Source: Xylographa opegraphella
Lineage: Eukaryota
Assembly (NCBI GenBank): GCA_022813865.1
Contig: JALDZX010000043.1
Location: 62,001 to 126,000 of the forward strand
Direction of reading: 5' to 3'
DNA length: 64,000 nt
Below the pieces are notes generated by a model. It was not told where the DNA came from, ran no database searches, and worked only from the letters and a program-made list of their open reading frames with translations. How positions within the stretch are numbered: position 1 is the stretch's first letter; every line of letters starts with the position of its first letter. Below are positions 52,820-64,000 of this stretch, piece by piece. The translations under genes and the position numbers were made by a program.

Positions 52820-53650
52820 AAGAGGGAGCGTAGAAGTGGAAGAATTGCACTACCTCTGTTATTATCAAGACTTGCTGAATGGTAAAAGACATTGAGAAAC
52901 TCATACGTTAAGGAATTTCCTCAGTGTTCAAATGCACCCACGTTACATGTTGACATACTTCCAACGCTGCTTTTATCCATTGAAATTGCTTGGACTCCGA
53001 AGCTTTTGTAGTGAATATAATAACCTCACTAGCGTCCTCCGGATACTTTGATGCCGCACCCAGTCCACCAACCCCAAAGTTCAACGCGTAACGTTTAGCA
53101 TATGTCGGAATGTATCGTTTCTTTTGCAGACTTCTAACAAAGATTGTCTGTGAAGTGTGTGCGTCTCTGGTCTTTTGTGGTTAGCCTTGCATCGAATTCT
53201 TGGACAGTTTGAGTGCCAATCAGGAAGTGATTACGCGTGAGTGTCCGGCCTGGTCCTAACATATCTATACTTGATACTGACCAGTTTCCTAGTTGACATT
53301 AGATCTCAATCTATCAGCGAGGTTTCTCTACGTCTAGATATTAGTGCCATCGACTCTTACTCTCGATCTACTAGTGAAGGGGCCCGCGTCCAGAAACATA
53401 CACATCAAACAATTCCTTTCAGTCTATCAGCAAGGCTGCTACGTTCGGACACAAGCCCATTGAATACTTGCTGTCAGACTATCAACGAAGGCCTCTTCAG
53501 AATACAAGTCTAGTGGATACTTCCTCTCCATTTACCCTCCAAACATTTCTTTTACGTCTGGAGTCAAAGACCAAATTCGCTTTTAGTCTACCGGCAAATG
53601 CTTTTCAGGTTCCAAACAATTTGGACAGTCAATTGACCTCAGTATTGTTG

Positions 53651-54400
53651 ATGGATTCAGAAATGGAGACTGCCCGCAGCAAAACAGCCCGAATAAAGTC
53701 TGCCTTACGGCAACTCAGTGGCCATGAAATTCCCACGCCCAAACAAAAGGACTCTAGTAGTCGGAGTAACAGAAATGCCCTTAATGTCAAGACCAGATCT
53801 CGTGAGTCTATCCAGATGCATTCAGTCTCGCACCACCCACACAGCAAGAACATACCTGTAGCTAGCCGGACAGGCACCAGCAATCGGAGTATCAGGAATA
53901 CCTCCAGCATTAAGCCTGCACTTCACGAAGCCATTGAGACGAAGACTGCTTTAGCCCCCCCTGGCAGCATTAAACCCCTTTACGGAAGACAAACTAAGAC
54001 AGCTACTAGTTCACGCCCATTTGGCAACGGGAACACAAATAGCGTTGGAGTTTCAAATACTAGTACTCGGAGTACAGCGAATGTTGAGGGTGTGGAAAGC
54101 ATACCTCCCAGATCCACCAAGGCGAAGGGCACCCTGCTCCCAGGACAAGAGGTTGTACCAGCGGCAGTTAGCAAGGGGTCAAGGGCCTCTGGAGGCCGCA
54201 GCATCCACAAGGCGAAACAAAGCCACCGCCGCTGCCGCCTCTCGGTCCTCCCAGAGGTCGAAGAGCCCAACGAGGCAGGGGTCCCTGGGGTGCCTCAAGG
54301 GGGCCCTCCGAATACGTATTCGTGGGTTGCAACCATCGGACGAGGGAACCTGGAGGAGGTACGCGATTACCGCAGAGAGCCTCGATGCTCTTTCGGATGA
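53651..54400 (+). CDS. Hypothetical Ser/Thr/Lys/Arg-rich protein (about 249 aa)
   Basis: Long open frame with in-frame ATGs at 53651 and 53663; low-complexity, no recognisable domain. Confidence 0.35.
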   Translation: MDSEMETARSKTARIKSALRQLSGHEIPTPKQKDSSSRSNRNALNVKTRSRESIQMHSVSHHPHSKNIPVASRTGTSNRSIRNTSSIKPALHEAIETKTALAPPGSIKPLYGRQTKTATSSRPFGNGNTNSVGVSNTSTRSTANVEGVESIPPRSTKAKGTLLPGQEVVPAAVSKGSRASGGRSIHKAKQSHRRCRLSVLPEVEEPNEAGVPGVPQGGPPNTYSWVATIGRGNLEEVRDYRREPRCSFG

Positions 54401-54850
54401 GGATGGGGACAGGTCCTTGGAGGGGGCCGCTCGACACCATTAGATAGGAAATTGTCACCATGATCACGGCAAATGCATTCCGATTACGTTTCTTCTTTTA
54501 TCTATACGTGCACCTGGATTTGTATGCCATGATCCCTCCGTGCACTTATCTCATAACATTTACGTGAGCCATAAGAGGTGACACTATGATCACTGAAATA
54601 GATTGCGTTCGATGATTCTTTTTGGGTCTATTGACGCCTGCATCCGAAACTTACAGATGACGGTCCCCTGCGTACTTTATATTATAGCATCCATCTGAAC
54701 TTTAGGAAATAACACCATGGCCATGCCAATTGCCTTTGGTGAACCACTTTGACATTATTGATAACATGTATTTATATTTACGTGTCATGCATGACCCCTC
54801 CGTACTCTTATTCAATAACATGTACAATATTCATTTGTAGTTTCAAGATT

Positions 54851-56694
54851 TCACTTTGATCGCCTGAAGCACAAACACGCATTCGTGCCTCCGAATCCAA
54901 AGCTGTTCGTCAACACGACATCGACCTTCCTGTCCTGTGCCTTGAGCGGGACGTAATTGAATTTGAATTCAGATCTGTCAGGAGAGGTGAGGTTGAGTGT
55001 TGGAGGGACAATATTCTGAGCAGCAAGTCAGCAAACTCAAAGGGGAAACAGAGTTCTGATTTTTGGTGACACTGAAAGTTCACAATGTATCTTCGGAGGG
55101 AGTCGTGGACATAGCGCTGACAGCTAATTGACATGGGGACTGCTCCATTGGGAAGGAAATGAAGTGATCAGCACTTACATCCCTGATAGCCAACACGCTC
55201 GCTACCGCCTCGACGGCCCCAGCCCCTCCGAGTAGATGCCCTAGTGCTCCCTTGACACTACTGACACACACCTCTTGCTCTCTGCCCTTTGCCAGACCTC
55301 CCTCCCCCATCATGAGTGTAGCTATAGCGGCGTTTTCGGCGCTATCGCCTAGTGGAGTGGAAGTTGCATGTGCGTTGATATAGTTGACGTTTGATGGTGG
55401 GATCTGAGCTGTGGATAGTGCGCGTCGCATAGCCCGGTAGGCGCCAGAGCCATTAAGAGGTGGATGGGTGATATGGTGCGCATCAGAAGTGGTGGCGTAA
55501 GAGGCGAGGTGGGCATAAATGTAGGCTTTGCGGGCGAGGGCATGCTGAAGTTCCTGGTAGAGAGAAGGTGAGCATGAGTAGCAGTTATAGACATTTCAGC
55601 TGACGCAGCCAGCTGACACTCGTTCGAGGAGCAAGATTGCAATGTACCTCTAATACCACCACACCTGCACCCTCTCCAATAACGAAGCCGTTTCTATCCT
55701 GGTTAAATGGCCGTGATGCTTCATGAGGTGCATCATTTGATGTGGTGGTCAGGCTCTTTGAACGTTCGAACCCAGTAACAGCCAGTGGATGGATGCAAGA
55801 CTCTGCTCCACCAGCTACCATAACGTCCGCGTCACCAAAAGCAATGAATCGCGCTGCATCCCCGATAGAGTGAGCACCGGTTGTGCAGGCTGTAGAAGCG
55901 GCATGGCTGGGACCCTAGCAAAGATCAGGTCTGTTTAAATCAATCTATGGTCTGAACGAGGGGCGCGGACTAAGAAGAACGAGGGTGTGCATACCTTTAA
56001 GCCGTATCTCATGGATATGTGTCCCGCAGCAAGATTAATCAGGAGACGTGGGACAAATAGAGGGGAGACTTTCTTCGCGCCCTGAGGATTGTCTCAGAGA
56101 CTTTCATTGCTAGAACACAATGAGGCAACAGACATACATATTCAGCAAATGCCACTGAAGTATTGTAAACAGCTTCAAAGGCCCCTATGCCAGAACCCAA
56201 GCAAACACCCTGAGTATTGGTCAATTGGGCATCATCGCATTCGAAGAACAATTTGATTACAAACAGTCATTTCTTGGTCTATTGACTCTTGCGGATGCCA
56301 ATTTGCATCGATTAGTGCCTCTTCCGCTGCAACCATTGCAAATTGCATAAATTTGGGCATCCGGCGTTCATCCTTAGAATAAGTCAACGGCGAGGCGTCT
56401 TTGTACATTGTGTAGAAAGTATTCTTACATCTCGACTCAGCCACTCACTAGCCATCCAGCCGCCATCTTCTTTTCTACCCAGTGGGACAGTACCAGCAAT
56501 CTGACACTGTAGCTTCTGAAATGCAGGTCCTCTAGCGCCAATGGGCCCAATGCCACATTCTCCATTGAGAAGACGGCTCCATGTCCGTCGTACACCTAGG
56601 GACTTAAGCTATTTGACTACTATACATGCACATGAGACTCACCGACACCCAGTGGCGTTATTGCTCCTAACCCTGTCACAACGACTTGTCTCAT
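54851..56694 (-). CDS. CEM1: Mitochondrial 3-oxoacyl-ACP synthase (FabF/OXSM type), multi-exon
   Basis: [36 protein letters not shown] (catalytic Cys), [49 protein letters not shown]. Confidence 0.94.
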
Positions 56695-56851
56695 CTCACA
56701 TTTTCGACGGTGTGACGAACCCTGCATAACCAGAGACTTTTATATATATGTCTTAAAGCGGTTAGCTTACTTTGGTTTCTACCGACTCCGACATTTTTTG
56801 ATCAGTGCAACTGAAGAGCAACAAGAACATCCGTTCCCGTAATCTGATGAG

Positions 56852-57990
56852 ATGAGCCGTGGCTACAGCAAGGGTCGGCGACTCGTAACGCAGCTCAGTA
56901 TGCCCCTCGTTTCCTCATTTCTCCCCACAGCTAACACTCTTCAGATCGACCGTCTCTCAACTTCGACATCTGCGGACCTTGCCTTCTCTCTCTCCGCCGG
57001 CGGTATGCAACCCCCTCCGCCGCTGCCGCGTCCTCTCCGGAGCCCATTCCAATAGCCCAACATGTACCACCTGTCACCACCGCCACCACTCTTGACCATG
57101 CCTACCAAATCAAAGCGGGCGTCGTGCTCTCCCGACCCCCACTCTTGACTCGCGACCTACACCCCTTCGAAAAGGCGTTCTACCTCTATCAACGGCGACT
57201 GAACGAGCGCCTCGCTCTCCCATTCACGCGCTACTTTTACTACCAAAAGGATACACCCTCAGACATCGACTGGAAAAAGAAGATCAAAGAGCGTCTAACA
57301 GCTGCAAGAGACATAGGCGTGTATAACGCGTATGGGAAGGAGGGATGGAATGACGAGCTCCTGGTGGGAGCGAAGGAAAGTGAGCCCGAGGTGCAGGTCG
57401 AGGCCCTGCTCAAGGATGCGGAGGTAGAGGCGGAGGACGATGGCCCGGTGAAGAAGCCGAAGGTGGAAAAGCCGATGCCAAGGGTCACGGAAGCGGATAC
57501 GAAGGGAGATACGAGGAGCTTGAACAGATTGATGGCGAGGACACTCTATCTAGTCGTGAAAGGCTCGGAAGGGGGCTGGGGCTTCCCATCAGGAGTGCTC
57601 ATGGGCAAAGAGAGCTTGCAAAGGGTACGTCCACTTCAGATCTTCCAAAAAATCATGGAGTGACTTATCTGCTAAAACTACGGCCAGGGCGCAGAGCGAC
57701 TACTCGTCCAGGCTGCGGGCGTGAACATGAATACCTGGATCGTTGGGCACGCACCCGTGGGCCACCACAATCTGAAGTACCCCCAACCCAGGATCGAGGA
57801 GGAATCGAAACTTCAGCGGTTAGGCGAGAAGACCTTTTTCATGAAGGCGCGAATAATGGGTGGCCAGGCGAATCTGAAAGATAACAAGCTAGGCTTGACT
57901 GACTTCAAGTGGCTGGCCAAGGAAGAGTTGGAGAAGCAGGTGCATCCGCACTATTGGCGCTCTGTAAGGAACATGTTGGTTGCGAGGTGA
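56852..57990 (+). CDS. MRPL17: Mitochondrial large ribosomal subunit protein mL46 (MrpL17), 3 exons
   Basis: LSRPPLLTRDLHPFEKAFYLYQRRL, PRVTEAD..SLNR..RTLYLVVK..WGFP, GVNMNTWIVG, KTFFMKARI, DFKWL. Confidence 0.88.
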
Positions 57991-58431
57991 AGTAGAGCCG
58001 GACAAACCCCTGCTGGGGGTCTGTAGATATAGAAAGTTTGTATTGTATCGCACATGTGATAATCGTAGGAAGCAATGCTTACCCTAAAAGTGACTTGCAC
58101 TAGATGGACAATACCCTTTGGTGAGAAATTTTCTGGCACAATGTGTTACAGAGCTGGTGGGCATTTCACATGGCCCAAAGTATTAGTCTACGACAGTTCA
58201 TCCAAACACAGCCTATAAGAAAGTATTGCTCAGAATTTGTAACTTTCATATTGCCATCACGATCATCAAAGTAACGCCAGTAGAGAGAGCAGTCTCCACG
58301 ACCGTGCGGGGGTATCATATCACAGTGCCAAGCCTAGCAGATCCATGCAACACCAGTAGCCATCCGAAAGAATTCGTAACCCGTGCAAGCCACCAGAGAT
58401 GCATGTCACCCATATCGTCCACTCATGACAC

Positions 58432-60577
58432 CTAAGACGCTGCCGCCGGTGCCTGAAAGCCAACAGAAGTTTTCCTCGCAGGCGGAGCGATCACTGCACC
58501 ATTGGATGTAGAGCCTCCTCCTCCTGCAATGCTGGTTCTGCCTCCATTACCCCCACTTGTGTGAGCAACGCTTGTGCGACGCGTATCTCCCATGTCGACC
58601 CCGTCTACTATTGCACCTCCACCTACACTCGTCCCGCCGCCGGCAAGTCCACTTAACGCGCCGCTCATGGTAAGTCCTCCGCTTCCAGCAGGCGTAGGCG
58701 TCCCGAAAATTCCAGTACCCTCTATCCCATAGTTTATGACCCTGGTTCCGCTTAGCCCTTGCCTGAGCATCTCCTTGAACCTGATAGTCATGTATCTCTT
58801 GCGTGTTGACACGGGGATATGCTGAGCGATTGGTTGTGGGCGAGACCGTGCAATACCCATCATTACTTGATTCATCTCTTCATCTGAATCGATGGGACCT
58901 AGAGCGTCTGTATCATCCAGTAAAGGGGCGTTCGCATCGATAGCTGCTTCTAAAAAGTCAAGATGTCAGAAAAGCGAATCCATTCCCTTCTTCGCAAAAA
59001 CAATAACAGCCATAATGCGAACCAGATATAAGATTCACGCCCAGTCTAGGTCGTTTAACACGGGCGATCCCCGATGGTGAGGCACCAGCTGGAACTGTTA
59101 CATCCCGATCGGAAGAGTGAGCGGACAGGGCAGGCGGATTAGGCGTCCTAGAGATCCGGCTGGTAGCCTTTCTCTTCACAGGGGCTATGGTAGGTTGCTT
59201 CCGGACTGCATTGATCGGTCGTCTACGCGGAGAATTTTCGCGCTCTTCGGTCACAGGTGATGATAGTTCATCAATAGGAAGAGGTGGGTCCCCTACTCTC
59301 GGCCAAAGATAGGCTTTGGGGAGCCGTTTGACTGACTTTTTGGCCATGATGAAGCAACGTAATGTTTGAATTATTGGTGGTAGGAAGCCGAAATTGTAAA
59401 TAGAGGTTTGTGATAGAGGTGTGGTTGCGAACAACTTTGGATGAACCGTAGTGCAGTTGTAGCGTAGATTGAAGTGCGGGTAGCGTGAATGTATAACACA
59501 TCAGAAGAAATGAAATAATTCGGCAGGAAATATGACCCGAAACAGCTGAGCGTAAATACTGAAATATTAAGATGCATGAGGGAACAATAGACTTACTCTG
59601 CTGCTTTGCCTGGTTTTTCTTCTGATACGCTGCAAGCAACATATCGTATGGCAAACTCCTCCCAGGCACTGCTCTTTTAGCACCCATAGCATGGCTCTTA
59701 CATGTCAAGCTTCTTGCACAATGAGCGCCATTGGGTAATAGCACTCCACACTGTTTCTCCACGTCCACAGGGCCTTTGGGCTTGGGGACTTTTGGTTTAG
59801 CAGCCTCGATCTCCTTTTTGGTTTTCTTCTTCTTGGGTTCTTTGTCGCCCTCTGTCTCGGCCTTGCGTTTCTTCGATTTATCGGCACCACTACCATTGAT
59901 GGCACCTTTCTTTCCGGTTTTCGCTATCTTGTCGCCATCCACATCTTCTGCTCCGTCAACCCCCCCTAGACTACCAACGGTAACGGTGTCTTCCATGCCC
60001 ATATCCCCATCTTCGTCTTTGCCCTTCTCTCGAGCCTCTCGAGCTTTTCGGGCCGCTTCTTTTTGCTCTTTTTTTCTCTGTGCCCGATCTTGCTTCTTCT
60101 GCAGACACATCTGTATATGAGATGCGGCAACGGCTTTTAGCATGGGCTTTTTACAATGCTTGCATTGTATTAGCTCAGCCTTATCTTCCATAGGCCGGCC
60201 AGTTGGAAATGTTGCCCGAAGGTCAGAATCTATCTCGTTCACGAGTGGGGACTCGGGAGAGCCGCTTCGACGGTTCTCATCTTGAGCTTGGACTCAGTTT
60301 ACCGGAGAGAAGTGTGGATCTGCTCAGCTCACCGTTGTTCTCCACTTTCAGCTTTGGCACGGTTTTTTTAATCCTCACTTTGCCAACAAAGCTGTCCTTC
60401 TTCGGAAGTATCCTGGCGACGATTGCAGGGTCAACAAGACTGGTCTCTGAGCTTGCCACGGAAGCTACACGTAAGGTTTAGCAGCGTTGACGACCATCGT
60501 AGTAGCCGCTTGGGAATTACTCGGATATGAAAGCTGCAGAGAAACTTACCTCCACGGCTCGGGTCTTTCGAACCCAT
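58432..60577 (-). CDS. SGF73: SAGA deubiquitination-module subunit Sgf73 (ataxin-7/SCA7 domain), 3 exons
   Basis: Zinc finger CKHCKKP..H..C and SCA7 domain VDVEKQCGVLLPNGAHCARSLTCKSHAMGAKRAVPGRS; 647-nt intron 58950-59596; last exon KAAIDANAP..DSDEE. Confidence 0.9.
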
Positions 60578-61441
60578 TGTAATGGGGTTGTCTTCACCCT
60601 TTTCTGACCTACCTTACCTTAGGACTCGCTACTTCGTACTAGGTCGACTGCACAAAGCACCGACCGATGTCATTTGAAGGTTCAGGCTACGGAATTACCC
60701 GCGGGCCGCTGCCCGAGACCGAAAAAGCCGGATATACGGCCCGAGAACAAGGTACGCAAGGACATCAGGTCGTCAACTATTTAGGTACATAGAGTAGGCA
60801 GTACCTACCTTATGCAAAAGCATGGCCCAATAACGTACTATAAGCTTGCCTTACATTGTCATCAAATGAGTCTACGGCCCTAGTTATTTTATACTTTCAT
60901 TTGACTATTATAAAGACAACTCGTATGTCCCTAGACAATGTTGGATTAAAATTCTTCCAAAGCACCTACATATTGATAAACTGTCTGTAGCAGAGTATGA
61001 TCATCTATGAGGACTGGATTTGTAATCCAGCACTTACATGTTGGGCAGTGCTAACTTGTTGTACAGAGAGAAATCCTGATACGACTACGAGCATACAAGT
61101 GTATCCATTGGGTATCAATATCCAAAAATTCCATACATCACCGTTCGTGAAACAAAACACATTCCTCCACTATATAGCCTGGCAATTCTCAGCACAAACT
61201 CCTACGCTGTGCATCCCAATCGGCAGTGCGCTCGCTGTCATTTAGTCGTGACGGTTGACTGTTGTTATAGGGATGGTAGTACAATTGCAACCAATAATTG
61301 AGCTCCGACATTAAGTAAGTCCTGGCGCCACAGGGCATGCAAGAAACATAAAACCGTGAACGTAAACGACTATTCTCTTTTAATCGGCAAAGCACAGGAG
61401 ATTGTTCTTCTGGAGCGCTGGGAGTGTTGTTGGTGGTATGA

Positions 61442-64000
61442 TCAGAAGTTATAGCGATTTCCTTGTCGAGTGAGTGGCTTTCCTAAACGGTTCGAAGCAC
61501 GAGTCTGCCGGCCTTCGTCTTCAACAGTGCTTTTCTTGGTAGTGACCCTCGCAATGCCCTTCTTCGGGCCTCGTTCGGGCTCTGAGTGGATATGGCCCAG
61601 TTCAGCACGAGCTGTCGTATTCTTCCAGTTCATACAGCGATGTCCAATCGGATCAACATAGATTTTGGTGCGTGTCGAAATTCGGGTTGCTGGTTCGGTA
61701 GAATCCGACTTCTCCTTATCGTGTCTTGTAAGGTACAGTTTTCTCTTCTCCATGTGTATATTGATCTTGTTGCGTTGTGCCTGCAACTCCTTTCGAAGCT
61801 TTATTTCCCTTTCTCCGCGGACATCCAACCATGCAATAAGTTGGTCAAGCTGATCTGGATCGTCATAATATCCCCACTCATACGCAGTAAAAGTATGGGT
61901 CTGTCCTTCTTCGATCATCTTGCGGTCCGTGACCCCCACCCCAAAGGCATTTCGATACTTCACTTGCTCCTCTTCCCTCAACTCGATGAATCCTTCGCGC
62001 TCAATCTTGTCAGGGCCTTGCACCCAAAGACATGCGTTGGCGTAGCCCGCGTTAGCTGTCGAACTGCTTGGTAAACCAGCATAAGGCATTGCGTTGCGTT
62101 CAAACCAGTAGTATCGATTCCAGAAGCGATCCTTACCGAGCACTCTGGTACGAGGGCAATCGGACTCTCGAAGGTCATTGTCCAGAGTGGCTACCTCTTC
62201 CTCGCAATCTTTGATCCGCTCCATCATGTCATCGATCTTCTTCAGCACTTTCTCTAATTGCCTGGCTTGCTTGGTCGGTTTCTTCGCCTTGTCAGCCTCG
62301 GCCTTCTCTTTACGATCACGCTCTTCCTCTAACTTCCGCTTGCGTTCAGCCGCGCGGTCATTAGCTCTCCGTAAAGACCTTTGCTGGACGGGTTCTTCGT
62401 CCTCTGATTCCATGACTACATCTTCATCTTCCCCTTCATCCGGCTCTTCCACTTTGAGATCTTCCATCTCTTCAAGCTGTTCCAGTTGTGGTATGGGCGA
62501 AGTGGCTTCTGGTTGTAAAGTTTTACGCTCTTCATGAAGAATCTTCAGCTCTTCGAGCCTGTTTCAAGTTATTACGATTCATTTGGGAGTTATGGTCACT
62601 TACGCTGCCTTCCTAGTCCTCTGCGCCTCAACCTTCTCCTTTCTAAACTGGGTCATTTGGGAAGTACAATCCTCCATATAACCTCGAATAGCTTGTGTTT
62701 CTAATGATAACATACATAGAAATTGAAGAATTTTGACCCGCAGGTTGATGTCGAGTTTCGCGTATTGTGAGATGGCGGTCTCCTCCTTGGCACCCATGTT
62801 CAGTGGTGCAAGCTGAATGAGAATCTCGTCACATATCTTTCTGAAACGTGAGGTTGCAGTATACAGATTCAATAGGCCAACAACAACAACGATCCACCTA
62901 CCATTACAGAAATCCCGCTTCCGCAGACGGTACCTCCAGTTATAACCTTTAACGCACTGGTCAATTTCGGCCCCTCGATGAAGCTTGGCATCTATAGCGA
63001 CTTGAGCCTTCAACTCGGCAGCCTCGATTTTGGCCATACTGCTTCGAGTAGTTCGTGGCTTAACTTCGGGCTCCGGTGTTGGTGTTGGTTCCGAGCTGCT
63101 GCCATGCCGTGAGGATTCATCGTCTGTCTCCTCCTGCAATACTGTTGGTAGAGTGATCTGTACTTGGCCGTTGAGGTCCTTCTCATGATTCACTAGCTTT
63201 TTCAGCACGGCACAATGAACCTCCACAAGTAGCTCGCACTGAACATCTTCTGACGTAAACTGCAATGCTTCAATGTAGTCGTCAAACGTGAAAGAGTCGA
63301 GCACAAACACTTCGCAGTAAACATTCAGGGTATCCCAAGTTTCTAAGAGTGCGCCAACTGACTCCATCTGGATACCACTGCCTGCGCCTTCCGCAGCTTT
63401 ACTAGAGCACGGACCATTGTCGGAAAGATATTTCATTGCTGGACGGGGTGCTACGTTGCGCATAGGCGGCACTTCTAGATCTTCGATTGGATATTTAATT
63501 GGAGGAAGAGGTGGCGTTTTGAGTTGACCTTTGGAAGCGATGAGATGGTAGGCAGGATGTGAGTTGATGACATGGAAGTACTGCTGATCGCTGGGTGTCA
63601 GCACTCCTTGAGGATATCCAGTAGATTGATTCCCAGATAGCGTCTGGTGAATATGCATATATTGTTGCTGCCTGGCAATCTCAATATCGTGCTGTGTGAT
63701 TTTCCCTTTATGGCCTTTGGGCCTAAGCTCAACCAAGGGAGGATGATTATATTGAGAGAATGAGTTTACCAGGCTACCATTGGCCTCTGCCTTTTTCATG
63801 GTTCGAGTGAGCTGATTTTGCGCCTTTTGTTTATCGTAATGCAATTCGTCAGGTACTTGAGTATTTATGCGATACTGCGCGGCCAGCTTGTCCTTGACCT
63901 GCCATGGAGCACCCAACCAAGACTCCCGGTTCAGCGAATTTTTCAGAAACGAGCGTAGCATTTGTTTAGTAAACGTTTTGCGATCTCGAACAAGGTGATC
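61442..64000 (-). CDS. ITC1: ISW2 chromatin-remodelling subunit Itc1 (DDT and WHIM/WSD domains), 5' end outside the window
   Basis: FTKQMLRSFLKNSLNRESWLGAPWQVK, KYPIEDL, DDT domain LLETWDTLNVYCEVFVLDSFTFDDY, LGKDRFWNRYYWFE, WGYYDDPDQLDQLIAWLD; intron 62560-62603. Confidence 0.9.

Noticed and set aside
54851..56694. Ketosynthase as the missing PKS of the pigment cluster
   Set aside because: It is a stand-alone type II FabF/Cem1 enzyme over 40 kb away among housekeeping genes, with no AT, PT or ACP domains.

Overview
Gene-dense, intron-containing DNA from a filamentous ascomycete (Pezizomycotina; species not determinable here). Positions 1-12.5 kb hold the right-hand part of a DHN-melanin/naphthalene-polyketide tailoring cluster: an AflR-type Zn2Cys6 transcription factor (running off the left edge, absent from the ORF track), scytalone dehydratase (Arp1-like), hydroxynaphthalene reductase (Arp2-like), two multicopper oxidases (Abr1- and Abr2-like) and a small secreted SnoaL/NTF2-like protein. 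No PKS or Ayg1 gene is in the window. Reconstructing the proteins requires three non-canonical introns inside the cluster: two consecutive GC-AG introns in the dehydratase and one AT-AC intron just before the type-1 copper motif of the Abr1-like oxidase. All introns I reconstructed elsewhere are GT-AG. The rest is mostly housekeeping: HOG1, AVL9, an agmatinase with two very long introns, CDC42, a siderophore MFS transporter with an SreA-type box, a GFA protein, a frameshifted DnaJ gene, Nrd1/Mrn1-like and Jsn1/Puf-like RNA-binding proteins, VPS72, Ecl1-like, CEG1, SNF5, CEM1, mL46, SGF73 and ITC1 (partial). There is also a 54-bp minisatellite at about 21.5-21.9 kb. No rRNA, tRNA, CRISPR array or intact transposon was recognised. 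All calls come from manual translation and remembered motifs, not database searches.
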